Assembly: GCA_963809485.1 (NCBI GenBank) | Contig: CAWEJX010000012.1 | Location: 78,185-142,184, forward strand | Direction of reading: 5' to 3' | From: an uncultured Acidobacteriota bacterium | GTDB lineage: Bacteria > Acidobacteriota > UBA6911 | DNA length: 64,000 bases | Shown here: positions 27,610 through 38,078 of the stretch, piece after piece | Numbering within the stretch: position 1 is the stretch's first letter | How the letters are laid out: each line of letters begins with the position of its first letter | Notes under the pieces: generated by a model | What the model saw: only the letters and a program-made list of their open reading frames with translations | Database searches by the model: none | Told to the model about the DNA's origin: nothing | Program-made: the position numbers and the translations under genes

Positions 27610-29433
27610 ATGGCAAAACTTAATGCGGTATGGTTGAGATCAGTAATAGGTGTGTTCTTTGTTTGTTCTATAACCATAGTGCATGCAAATACTTTTGCCG
27701 CTGAGCCTGAAGCGAAGGCAGAAGGTTTTTCATTTGAGGTGCTTAATCCGGAGGCCGAGTGGATTATGCCATCCAAAATCTCACTGATTTCTCCACGGCT
27801 TAAGGACCTGTCCCAGAAGAAAATCGGATTGCTCTACGCCGGCAAATCGGGTGGCGAGTTTTTTCTGGATGCATTAGAGGTGCTTCTGAAGAAGAAATAT
27901 CCTTCGGCCACGATCTCAAGATATACCCGATGGGTGGATAATGCAGAGGAAAGGATATTAAGGGAAGAAGATGCCTTTGTTTATGCGGTGGGAGATGCCG
28001 GCCAGGCAGCCTGGGACAGCATAACCTGGACAGTAAAACTGGAAAAACTCGGTAAACCCGGTGTTGCTGTTTTTGGTGACCGCGTCTTATATAATGCAAA
28101 AGTGGCCGCTTCCCATCTTGGCATGCCGTCGGTTCGTATGGTGCCCCTACCCAGTATGGAATTTTACCCGAACAGGGCAAGCGCAGCGACCATGATGCCC
28201 TGTGCCGAAATGGTTCTGGACGATATAATAAATGCGTTAACCCGCCCGATACAGCCTTCAGAGAAGAATGCCGGTTTGATACCGAAAAAGGCGACACCTG
28301 AGTTTGTAAGAATTACAGGCGACAGCCTGGAATCCGCCTATGATAAATTCTACCAGCTATTCATGGATAATGACTGGGGCGATGGACTCCCACTGGTCCC
28401 TCCCACGCGCTATAACGTCGAACAGATGTTAAAGGCAACCAGCCTTTCACCTGATACAAAACTGGGTACAATACAAGTACATGACGGGAGTTCCGACCTA
28501 GTGCATGTCACTGTGGGTAAAGTTGCTGTAAATGCTGTGATGGCCGGCGCTAAACCGGAATATTTCCCGGTTATTATCGCTGCCATGGAGGGGATATCCG
28601 ATAGGGGATTTTCCAGTCACGTTTTTTCTTCTGACGCCTCCTTTAACCTTTTAATAGCCGTGTCCGGCCCCATTGCGAAAAAAATCAATATGCACTCCGG
28701 AACAGGTTTCCTGGGGCACGGGTGGCGGGCCAATAATACCATCGGACGCGCTGTAAGACTGTGCATGAACAATATAGGCCATATAAGACCGGGAAAGCTT
28801 GATACGGCATTAACCGGCAGGGCGTCATCCCATACTTTTTATGTGCTGGCTGAAAATGATGTATTAAGTCCCTGGGCTCCATTTCACACTGTGCGAGGCT
28901 ACCGGGCGGAAGACAGTTATGTTACAGTGTCCGGCATAGGTCTGGGCGGCGATTTCACTATTTACGGCGGCGGAACAGGAGGCGCCTGGAAAATTGATGA
29001 TGTTCTGAAAAGCATTATTAATAGAATTGCTCCTAACCGCAGTATGTTTGCAGGAACTGGCGTCAGGCCTCTCAACTATATTTTCATACTGAGTCCCGAT
29101 ACGGCACAGGAACTGAAGAAACGGGGCTATACCAGGCAGAGCCTTCAGGACTACATTATAGACAAAACATCCGTACCCTATGAGCAGTTGAGCAAGGCTG
29201 AGATCGAGGGGCTCAAAAGGAGGCTTTCGGAAAAGTCCGATGCCTGGGGAGGAACCGGGAATATTCCTGAAGACCGCAAACCCGTGTTCCGGGAAAACCT
29301 TAAACCCGGAGGCAAAATACCTGCTGTCGTTTCACCTGACAATCTTAACATTTTTGTATCGGGTGATGTGTCAGGCTATAATCTTGGAGCGGTTTATCTG
29401 CTCGGGGGCCACTCGATTAAGCCTGTTCGATAA
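27610..29433 (+). CDS. Two-domain family paralogue with a signal peptide; the U-x-x-C pair is replaced by AGQA
   Basis: The signal peptide is MAKLNAVWLRSVIGVFFVCSITIVHANTFA. SPRLKDLSQKKIGLL is followed later by EEDAFVYAVGD-AGQA-AWDSITWTVKLEKLGKPGVAVFGD. The C-domain has DWGDGLPLVPPT, VNAVMAGAKPEYFPVIIAA and NNTIGRAVRLCMNNIG. Confidence 0.75.
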   Translation: MAKLNAVWLRSVIGVFFVCSITIVHANTFAAEPEAKAEGFSFEVLNPEAEWIMPSKISLISPRLKDLSQKKIGLLYAGKSGGEFFLDALEVLLKKKYPSATISRYTRWVDNAEERILREEDAFVYAVGDAGQAAWDSITWTVKLEKLGKPGVAVFGDRVLYNAKVAASHLGMPSVRMVPLPSMEFYPNRASAATMMPCAEMVLDDIINALTRPIQPSEKNAGLIPKKATPEFVRITGDSLESAYDKFYQLFMDNDWGDGLPLVPPTRYNVEQMLKATSLSPDTKLGTIQVHDGSSDLVHVTVGKVAVNAVMAGAKPEYFPVIIAAMEGISDRGFSSHVFSSDASFNLLIAVSGPIAKKINMHSGTGFLGHGWRANNTIGRAVRLCMNNIGHIRPGKLDTALTGRASSHTFYVLAENDVLSPWAPFHTVRGYRAEDSYVTVSGIGLGGDFTIYGGGTGGAWKIDDVLKSIINRIAPNRSMFAGTGVRPLNYIFILSPDTAQELKKRGYTRQSLQDYIIDKTSVPYEQLSKAEIEGLKRRLSEKSDAWGGTGNIPEDRKPVFRENLKPGGKIPAVVSPDNLNIFVSGDVSGYNLGAVYLLGGHSIKPVR

Positions 29434-29712
29434 GGAAGACGGATTATAGAATCAGGTCATAGCATCTCCTCAGTATCCTCCGTATCAAGTCGTTGTAGCT
29501 CCGCGTATGACCTTGTGAATGTATGGCCCTGTCACTTCCTCAAAATTGGCGGTTGAGCCGCAGGGAGTCTGAAAAACAATCACTCCGTCCGCGCCTATGC
29601 CGGGCGGATAGGCGGAAAAGCTGCATCCAGGGCAAAAGGCCGTTTCCGTGCATAATTCAGGTAATATTATTGTTGACACACAAAGCGCGATATTTTACGG
29701 TTGATCATATTT

Positions 29713-29739
29713 TTGTACGTATACGTACTATGATGCGAA
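29713..29739 (+). promoter_or_regulatory. Perfect palindromic operator GTACGTATACGTAC (29715-29728) with conserved flank TATGATGCGAA
   Basis: The core is identical to the one at 16278-16291. A TTGACA lies at 29673-29678 upstream. The element is about 150 nt upstream of the molybdoenzyme gene string that starts at 29879. Confidence 0.55.
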
Positions 29740-29878
29740 TGACGCATCGCCACATCGAAACATGCCTGCAAAGAGAACGGAAAATCAAAGATTTCGTCGC
29801 AGGTAAATGTCGGTTTTTTGCAGGACCCTCTTTAGTGTAAGCTGGGCTACTCTGCTCTTGTGAGCGAAAGGGCCAGGA

Positions 29879-32318
29879 ATGACGGCAGCAAATGAAAGTA
29901 AAAGGGAAGAGTCAAGGGACAACTGGCTCTGGCTCTGGAGACCCCCTGAAGGCGGCGATATCGGCCGCCGCGGCCTGCGGCCCAGAGAGGCTCCCGAGAA
30001 AGTAACGGGCAGAGCCGTTTATACCAATGACGTTTATCTTCCGGGAATGCTGTATGTGAAGGTTTACCGTTCTCCGTATGCCCACGCCAGGATCCGGAAG
30101 ATGGATACCAGCAAAGCCGAGGCTCTTCCCGGCGTCTGGGCCGTAATCCGATATGATGATCCGGATATCGATTTAAGCGATCCCTATAAACCCGTATTGG
30201 GTTTCATGTGGTTTTGGCATCGGAATTCCATTCTCCCGGATACCGCCGATTATCAGGGCGTCCGAGTAGGAGCGCTGGTAGTTGCCGAAAGCGAGGAAAT
30301 CTGCGATCAGGCTTTGAAATTGATCGGGGAAGGCATCGAGTGGGAGCAATTGCCTTTCATCCTGGACCCGGAAAAGGCGATCCAACCCGATGCGCCTCTT
30401 TTGCATCCGGAAATAAATCCCAAAAACAATATCTGGAAAGATGCAGTGATTCTCAACCAGGGTGACGTGGAGAAGGGATTTGCCTCATCCGACCATGTCA
30501 TCGAGTTCAGCGAGATCAAGAAGGAGGATGATGTCTGGGCCGGCGTGGAGCCCGGATGTATGGTTGTCCAATGGGTTGGCGACAATCTGGAATTCTGGTA
30601 TCACGGGCAAAGAATCGGGGTAGATGTAAATTTCATATCAGCTCCCGTGTTCAAAAACGATAAAAAGCAGCCGAAAAAAGTGAAAGCGCACACGCCTTTT
30701 AACGGCGCCACCTTCGGCGGAAATGCCATGGGTCTTGCCTGCTCATCTGGCCAGGTATGCGGCGATAGCAGCCAGGAAGACCATGCGTCCGGTCAAGGTT
30801 GTGGATGATTACGCCATGAGCTGGGAAGGCAACAGTTTTGAGACCGGAATTGCCCATTACAAGGTGGGCTTTAATAATGATGGAACCATTGTCGCCATCA
30901 AGATCGAAATCAACCAGAAAAACGGCCTTCCGATAACATCCAAGTTTATCGATACCTTGAAGACGCCGAATGTTTATGTGCATGCGATACATTCTTACTG
31001 GAGCAGACCCCATGAGTCCTGCTGGAAGGATGGCGCGGCCAATTGCACCCTTGTCAACCTGATAATCAATAAGGTAGCTGCCTGTTTGAACATGGACCCG
31101 ATAAAGGTGCAACTGCTCAACGATGGCGCCAGATGGGCATGATATGGCCTGGCTGGACGAACATGTCAAGAAGCCTTACGGAATGCCCCTCAGGGACAGC
31201 CTGAAGGAGGTTGTTGAAGCCGGCAAGAAAGCTTTCGATTGGGACCGGAAGTGGCATCCGCCGGGCACGCGCAGGCTCCCCAATGGCCGGATGCATGGTG
31301 TCGGTTTTTACGCGGTAGCCTGTTGGCATACCGGCGCCAGAAAGGGCGGCGTCCCAGGCATATCTATGGCGAGAGATGGAACGGCTACCATCTTTTACCG
31401 CCGCCCCGATTGCGGCCAGTCTGCCGCTACCACCTATTGCCAGATTGCGGCTGATGAGATCGGGCTGCGCTATGACGACGTTAAAATTGAGTTCATAGAC
31501 TACTTCTACTTTGATGCTGTTCCTCCCGCAGGTTCCATGGGTTCCAGCCTCAATACTTTCGGCCTTGTGGTCAATGCCCGAAAAATGAAGAGAGCTTCTC
31601 CTGGAATATGTTGTGAACCCTCCCATTGGGGCAATACGCGCCTATGGCAATGCAGTTCCACCGGTACTCATCCCTTTCCAGGGCAAAAAGGTTGAGGAAC
31701 TGGATATCAGGGACGGCGTCATCTTTGAGAAAGCCCATCCGGAAAACAAGCTGCCGGTAAGAAGAGTCACCTCATTGCTGCCGCGCGGATTGGAGGCAGC
31801 GGCAGAAGGAGGATCCTTTCTTCGTCGGCGACAAAGCTCCTGAGCTTCCCGAAGTTAAGGAGAAATATACATTGGCCCGGCAATGTGTTTTCGTCGAAGT
31901 CGAGGTTGACACCGAAACCGGACAGGTTGAGGTTATCAAGCTGGTCCATCCTTATGATGTAGGCCAGTCGCTGAATCCCGATGTGAATGACCAGCAACTC
32001 TACGGCGGTGCCTATCCGGGCGTAGGTGTCTCCGCCACTGAAGCCATCTATTATGATCCGCATACCGGAGTCAGGCTGAATGATAATCTGCTTGGTTATC
32101 CTGTTCTGACCATACTGGATGTCGGCGAGATTGAAGCTCCCATTGTAGAAACGCATCTGGGCTGGAGCGCCTATGGACTTTGCGGCTGCAGCGAAGCCGG
32201 TAAGGCGGCCACAGCCGCAGCGATACTGGTCCCCGCCGTTTATAACGCCATCGGAAAGTGGATTGAGGAAACCCCGGTTACGCCGGAAAGAGTTCTCAGA
32301 GCGCTGGGAAAAGCATAG
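29879..32318 (+). CDS. Xanthine dehydrogenase / CoxL-family molybdopterin-binding large subunit, copy L1; four +1 frame breaks near 30739, 31132, 31597 and 31817
   Basis: Five successive ORFs, each in the +1 frame relative to the previous one, are collinear with the paralogue at 32992..35407. Shared blocks include RGLRPREAPEKVTGRAVYTNDVYLPGMLY, VKVVDDYAMSWEG, WHPPGTRRLPNGRMHGVG, QCVFVEVEVDTETGQVEV and CSEAGKAATAAAI. Confidence 0.8.
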
Positions 32319-32363
32319 CAGAAATTGCCTTCTTTGCAGCTGTTGATAAAGGAGCCACAACTT

Positions 32364-32987
32364 ATGCTGGCAGAAAAAATAAAGAAAAGAGCAAAATCCG
32401 CCAAGATATCCAGCGGAAAACACCCTAAGGGAACTGCCTCTGCCGGCAAGGGCGTCACCGGCACCGGCACCACAGCCATAACTCCCATCGACGGAATACG
32501 AGTTCCTTTGACGATCAAGCCAAGAACGGTGAGGATCAAGGTAAATGGGAGAACATCTAGTCTCCATGTTGAGCCCAATTGGACTCTGCGGGATGTTCTA
32601 CGGCAAAAGCTGGGATTTACGTCGGTAAAGGATTTTTGTGGCGGCTATGGAGCCTGCGGCTCTTGCTGCGTCATCATGGATGGTCGGCCGGTCCTTTCAT
32701 GCATGACCCTGGCAGTTGATTGTGACGGGGCTGCAATCGAAACGGCGGAGGGCATCGCCGATGCCAAACATCCTCTGATTGAAGCCTACATTATGAATTG
32801 GACGGCTCAGTGCGGCTATTGCACTCCCGGCTTCCTCGTTACCGCCAAGGTACTGCTGGACCATAATCTCAATCCAACCGTGGAGGAGATCAAAGAAGCC
32901 CTGGCAGGAAATCTGTGTCGTTGCGGCACCTACCCGGCACACATCAAGGCTATCCAGGATGCGGCCAAAGTGCTGAGGGGGGAGTAA
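32364..32987 (+). CDS. [2Fe-2S]-binding small subunit of the XDH/CoxS family, with a Lys-rich N-terminal extension and no Tat motif
   Basis: CGGYGACGSCCV...SC is the plant-type cluster. AQCGYCTPGF...CRCGTY is the second cluster. Confidence 0.85.
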   Translation: MLAEKIKKRAKSAKISSGKHPKGTASAGKGVTGTGTTAITPIDGIRVPLTIKPRTVRIKVNGRTSSLHVEPNWTLRDVLRQKLGFTSVKDFCGGYGACGSCCVIMDGRPVLSCMTLAVDCDGAAIETAEGIADAKHPLIEAYIMNWTAQCGYCTPGFLVTAKVLLDHNLNPTVEEIKEALAGNLCRCGTYPAHIKAIQDAAKVLRGE

Positions 32988-32991
32988 TAAC

Positions 32992-35407
32992 ATGGCAGAG
33001 GAATCAATGGAAAAGCGGCCCTGGCTATGGAGGCCCCCCGAAGGCGGCTATATCGGCCGCAGAGGCTTGCGTCCCAAGGAAGCCCCTGAAAAGGTCTCGG
33101 GCAAAGCAGTGTATACAAGTGATGTTTACCTCCCGGGAATGCTGTATTTAAAAGCATTACGTTCCCCCTATGCCCACGCCAGGATCAAGAAGATGGATAG
33201 CGGCAAAGCGGAATCCCTCCCGGGCGTCTGGGCTGTGATCCGATACGACGATCCGGATATCGACTTCTCTGATCCCTATGAGCCCGTGATAGGGCGCTCA
33301 TGGTTTTGGTATCGGAACATTCTCCCGGATATTGCCGACTTTGAAGGTGTAAGGCTGGGAGCGATGGTGGTTGCCGAATCTGAGGAGATCTGCGATCAGG
33401 CTTTAAAGCTGATTGGGCGAAGGCATTGAGTGGGAACAATTGCCATTCATTCTGGATCCGGAGGAAGCCGTGAAATCTGGCGCTCCTCTCCTTCACCCGG
33501 AAAGAAATCCCAATAGCAATATCTTCGATGATGTGGTGACCTACAATATTGGTGACGTAGAGAAGGGATTTGCCTCATCCGACCATGTCGTCGAGTTCAA
33601 GTCGGTCAAAATTGAGGATGACGTCTGGGCCGGCGTAGAGCCCGGAAGCATCGTGGCGTGGCTGAAAGATGAGGAACTGGAAGTCTGGTACCACGGACAA
33701 AGAATTCCTGCGGACGTGAATTTTGTTGCAGCGCCCGTATTCAAAAACGATAAAAGCCGGCCCAAAAAAGTGAAGGTTCATACGCCCTATAACGGAGCGA
33801 CCTTCGGCGGCAATGCAATGGGATTGGTCGCCCAGCTGTGCCGATATGCAGTCATCGCAGCCAGGAAAACAGGGCGGCCGGTCAAGGTAGTGGACGATTA
33901 TGCCATGAGCTGGGAAGGCACCAGCTATGAGACCGGAACAAATCGTTTCAAGATAGGTTTTAATAACGACGGCACCATCGTTTCGATCAAAATTGACACC
34001 CTCCAGATAGCCGGCCATCCTCTGCCCAGCAAATTTGTAGATGCCATCAAAACCCCCAATATCCTGGTTCATGAAGTGCACAGTTATTGGAGCAAAGCCC
34101 ACGAGTCCTGCTGGAAAGACGGCGCCTCCAATTGCGTTCTTTCGAACCTGGTAATTAATAAAGTGGCGGCCCATCTGAATATGGACCCGATACAAGTGCA
34201 GCTGCTCAACGATGGCGCTCACGGGCATGATATGGCCTGGCTGAACGAAAATGTCAAGAAGCCCAACGGAATGCCGCTCAGGGACAGCTTGAAGGAAGTT
34301 GTCGAGGCGGGCAAGAAAGCTTTCGATTGGGACCATAAGTGGCATCCTCCGGGCACACGCAGGCTCCCCAATGGCAGGATGCACGGGGTCGGTTTTTATG
34401 CCGTGGGCTGCTGGCACACCGGCGCCAGGAAGGGAGGCGTTCCTGGCATATCCCTGGCGAGGGATGGTACGGCCACCATCTACTACCGGCGCACGGATTG
34501 CGGCCAGTCCGCTCCTTCTACCTATTGTCAGATTGCGGCTGATGAAATAGGGCTGCGCTATGAAGACGTCAAAATAGAATTCAAGGATTATTTCTATTTT
34601 GATGCGGTTCCCCCCATGGGTTCCATGGGCTCCAGTCTCAACACCTATGCTCTGGTGATGAATGCCAGGAGAATGAAGCAGCGCCTTCTGGAATATGCTG
34701 TCAAATTTCAAATGGGAGCCACGAACATCAATTACGGCGACAAGGTTCCGGCAACAGTCTCTCCGTTCCTGGGCAAAAATATTGAAGACCTGGATATCAA
34801 AGACGGCGTCATTTTTGAGAAAGCCCATCCGGAAAACAGGATGCCGGTCCGAAGAGTCGTCTCTTTTCGGCCTCGAGGCCTGGAATCGAATGCGGAAGTT
34901 GGAGAGTTCTTTGTCGGTGAAACTGCAGATGAACCTCCCATGGTGAAGGAACCCTTCAGTATGGGCCGGCAGTGCGTTTTCGTTGAAGTCGAGGTTGACA
35001 CCGAAACCGGACAGGTTGAAGTGACCCGACTGGTTCATCCTTACGACGTAGGCCAGTCGCTGAATCCCGATGTGAATGACCAGCAACTCCTTGGCGGGGC
35101 CTATTCCGGCGTAGGCGTCTCCGCCACGGAAGCCATCTACTATGATCCGCATACCGGGGTCAAGCTGAACGACAACCTGCTCGGCTACCCGATGCTGACC
35201 ATACTGGATATGGGCCCCATTGAGGCTCCCATCGTGGAAACACACGTGGGATGGAGCGCTTATGGACTTTACGGCTGCAGCGAAGCCGGCAAGGCGGCTA
35301 CAGCCGCAGCCATACTGGTCCCGGCCGTTTATAACGCGATCGGCAAGTGGATTGAGGAAACCCCGGTTACGCCGGAAAGAGTCCTTAGAGCGTTGGGAAA
35401 AGCATAA
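32992..35407 (+). CDS. XDH/CoxL-family molybdopterin large subunit, copy L2; one +1 frame break at about 33418
   Basis: ORFs 32992..33429 and 33413..35407 join as ...ALKLIG|EGIEWEQLPF... once base 33418 is removed. The protein is highly similar to L1 along its whole length. Confidence 0.85.
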
Positions 35408-35419
35408 GAGGTGATTCAA

Positions 35420-37807
35420 ATGAAGAGCCTAATGAAATTTGAGCATATCAATGCCGCCAGCCTGGATGATGCGGTCTCAATTCTGCGTCAATACGGGGAT
35501 AAAGCCTGGGTCCTCGCCGGCGGAACTGATCTGGTGGGCACCATGCGGTTTGAGGTGCTGCACGACTATCCTGAAGTTTTGGTCAATCTGAAGACCATTC
35601 CGGGACTGGACTATATTAAGGAAGAGAACGGCACTCTCAAGATAGGCGCATTGACCCGGCTGGAGGACATCGCCGCTCATTCCATCGTCCGGAGCCGCTA
35701 TGCAGCTCTTGCTGAGGCAGCTCACCGGACAGCTTCGCCCCATGTTCGTGCCATGGGCACCATCGGCGGCAATCTCTGCCAGCTTATTCGTTGCTGGTAT
35801 TTCCGGAAGGAGGAGAACCGATTTGACTGTATCCGGAAGGGTGGCGCCATGTGCCACGCCGTTATCGGAGACAATCGATACCACTCCATCTTCGGAGCTG
35901 CGAGGGTCGCGCCTCCTCCCTGCTCCTCAAATTGTCCGGCCGGAAACGACATTCCCTCTTATCTGAGCAGCATCCGGGACGACAACCTTGCGGAAGCGGC
36001 TCAAATACTGCTGAGTTCAAACCCGATGCCCGCTATCACGGGCAGAATCTGTCCCCATGCCTGTGAACAAAACTGCAATCGAAGAGATTTGGATGAAGCC
36101 CTCTCGATATGCTCTGTCGAACGTTTCGTGGGGGATTACATCCTCGATCACGCCGACCGGCTGTATCAGGCTCCCCGGAGAGAAAGCAAAAAGGGCGTGG
36201 CCGTTATAGGGTCCGGGCCAGCCGGTCTTTCCGCTGCCTATTACCTCAGGAAACTCGGCTACCGCGTGACCATTTTTGAAGCCAGGGAAAAAGCAGGCGG
36301 CGTCCTTACTTACGGCATCCCGCCTTACAGATTAGCCAAGGATGTGGTAAGCAGGCAGATTCAAGCCATTGAAAACACCGGGGTGCAGTTTAAGTATGGC
36401 GCTAAGGTCGGGAAGGACATCACTCTCGATGATCTTCAGAAAAGATATAGTGCTGTCTTCTGCGCCACAGGTGCCTGGAAGTCTTCCGTTCTGGGACTAC
36501 CGAACGAAGGGTTGCTGAACCGTGGTCTGGATTTCCTGGAGAAGATCAATAGCGGATTAAGAAAGATAAGCGCCAAAAAAATATTGGTGATAGGCGGAGG
36601 CAGTGTCGCCATGGATGTTGCGACGTCCGCTCTCCGCGCGGGGGCTCAAGAAGTTCTTGTGGCTTGTCTGGAATCCCGAGATGAGATGCCTGCCTTGCCC
36701 GGAGAAGTGGAGCAGGCAGTTAAAGAAGGCATAAAGCTGATGCCTTCATGGGGGCCTTCGCGTATCTTAAAAACCAAAGGCAAGCTCTCCGGGATGGAAT
36801 TGGTCCGATGCACTTCGGTCTATGACAGCGAGCATCGATTTGCTCCCGCCTATGATCGGGCGACCAAGAATACCGTGGAGGCCGACCAGATCATTCTGGC
36901 CGCCGGGCAAAGACCCAATTTGTCGTATGCCACATCGAGCTTGAATATGGACAGGGGCTTGATTGTTGTCGATCCCGACACCCAGGCCACCAGCATCGAC
37001 AAAGTGTTCGCCGGTGGAGATGCCACAATTTCCGGTCCCCTTTCCGTGGTGGCCGCCCTGGCGTCGGGACGACGGGCCGCAGAGGCGATCAATCATTTTC
37101 TTGGAAGCGGGCGTACTTTGGAGATTGAGAAGAAAGTGGAACATCTGACCCGCTGCGATGGCGAGTGCCTGGAAAAGTCCATCCGGGTTAAGGCACCGGA
37201 GCAACCTCCATCCGACTATTGCCTGGATAAAGAGGATGTTCTGGGACTGGATATAAAAGCCGTTGAGACGGAAGCCAAGAGATGTTTCAACTGCGGATGT
37301 GACGGAGTCAATCCGTCCGATATTGCACCTGCACTGATTGCTTTGGATGCCACGATTGTCACCTCCAAGAGAAAGGTAAAGGCGGACGAGTTCTGGGTTG
37401 CGGATAAAGGACTGAAGCCGACTATCCTGGATAACGATGAAATAATAACTGAGATCCGGATACCCCGGCCGGCTGCCAACGTGAAGAGCTCATTCCTCAA
37501 GTTCGCCATGAGGAAATCTATCGACTTTCCTATCGTAAATTGCGCAGCCGCCATAGAGAGCAAGGACGGAGTCGTTAAATCAGCCCGGATCTGCTTGAAT
37601 GCGGTATACAGCAATCCTTACCGTGTGACGAAAGCCGAAGATGCGATCATAGGAAAAACCATTGATGAGGCTATGGCCGAAGATGCTGGGGCAGGCGCGG
37701 TCTCTGATGCCATACCGCTGCCGTATAACAGGTTTAAAATCCAAATAGCCAAAACATTAGTCAAGCGAGCAATACTGGCCTGCAACAACGTTCAGGGCCA
37801 CGCATAA
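35420..37807 (+). CDS. CoxM/HcrB-type FAD-binding subunit with a nested GltD-like module (glutamate synthase small-subunit type: Fe-S plus FAD/NAD(P)H)
   Basis: Residues about 1-160 and 633-798 are collinear with the 321-aa FAD subunits at 47042 and 62956. Shared blocks include GGTDLVGTMRFEVL, CQLIRCWYFRKEENRFDCIRKGGAMC and VNPSDIAPALIALDATIVTSKR. The roughly 470 aa in between read CPAGNDIPSYL...NPMPAITGRICPHACEQNC...VAVIGSGPAGLSAAYYL...ILVIGGGSVAMDVA...FAGGD, which is GltD-like. Confidence 0.8.
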   Translation: MKSLMKFEHINAASLDDAVSILRQYGDKAWVLAGGTDLVGTMRFEVLHDYPEVLVNLKTIPGLDYIKEENGTLKIGALTRLEDIAAHSIVRSRYAALAEAAHRTASPHVRAMGTIGGNLCQLIRCWYFRKEENRFDCIRKGGAMCHAVIGDNRYHSIFGAARVAPPPCSSNCPAGNDIPSYLSSIRDDNLAEAAQILLSSNPMPAITGRICPHACEQNCNRRDLDEALSICSVERFVGDYILDHADRLYQAPRRESKKGVAVIGSGPAGLSAAYYLRKLGYRVTIFEAREKAGGVLTYGIPPYRLAKDVVSRQIQAIENTGVQFKYGAKVGKDITLDDLQKRYSAVFCATGAWKSSVLGLPNEGLLNRGLDFLEKINSGLRKISAKKILVIGGGSVAMDVATSALRAGAQEVLVACLESRDEMPALPGEVEQAVKEGIKLMPSWGPSRILKTKGKLSGMELVRCTSVYDSEHRFAPAYDRATKNTVEADQIILAAGQRPNLSYATSSLNMDRGLIVVDPDTQATSIDKVFAGGDATISGPLSVVAALASGRRAAEAINHFLGSGRTLEIEKKVEHLTRCDGECLEKSIRVKAPEQPPSDYCLDKEDVLGLDIKAVETEAKRCFNCGCDGVNPSDIAPALIALDATIVTSKRKVKADEFWVADKGLKPTILDNDEIITEIRIPRPAANVKSSFLKFAMRKSIDFPIVNCAAAIESKDGVVKSARICLNAVYSNPYRVTKAEDAIIGKTIDEAMAEDAGAGAVSDAIPLPYNRFKIQIAKTLVKRAILACNNVQGHA

Positions 37808-37827
37808 AAAAAGGATACCAGACCCAG

Positions 37828-38046
37828 ATGCCCAAGCTATTGGTCAAAGTCTTTGGAGATCCCGGGGAGGACACATACGACCTGGAGGATGTGAGATACC
37901 TCTTTAATTTTGCCGACCAGATTGTTGTGGTTGATGGGCAGAACGTACGCTCCTATGACGAGCTTGCAAAAATCGTTTCCCAGGAAAAATACAGAGATCA
38001 GGAGTTTATTGAGGTAGTGCAGATACCGGCAACTACAGGCGGTTAG
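37828..38046 (+). CDS. Small ThiS/MoaD-like (ubiquitin-fold) protein ending in Gly-Gly
   Basis: The ORF is 72 aa and its C-terminus reads ...QEFIEVVQIPATTGG-stop. The size, the VVVDGQNV segment and the terminal GG are typical of sulfur-carrier proteins. Confidence 0.5.
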   Translation: MPKLLVKVFGDPGEDTYDLEDVRYLFNFADQIVVVDGQNVRSYDELAKIVSQEKYRDQEFIEVVQIPATTGG

Positions 38047-38078
38047 TTTTCCGCATCCTTCCAGAAGGTGAGCAAATA

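Noticed and set aside
29485-29679. A 64-aa Cys-rich minus-strand ORF (..CTETAFCPGC.., ..DGVIVFQTPCGST..) as another UGSC-type gene with Cys in place of Sec.
   Set aside because: The D-G-V-I-V-x3-P-CGST resemblance to the D-A-V-I-x3-G-x-UGSC motif is short. The flanking family motifs (APRL..GK.IG and E-x-EK-x-G-x-P) are missing. It starts at GTG and I saw no clear ribosome-binding site. I leave it unannotated and mention it only as a possibility.
33575-35419. A 614-aa minus-strand ORF. Similar long antisense ORFs include 7263-8198, 9334-10560, 13165-14258, 40015-40821, 44087-45085 and 53225-54157.
   Set aside because: Each is antisense to a gene with clear family motifs. None has a family signature or a convincing ribosome-binding site. 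I treat them as shadow ORFs.
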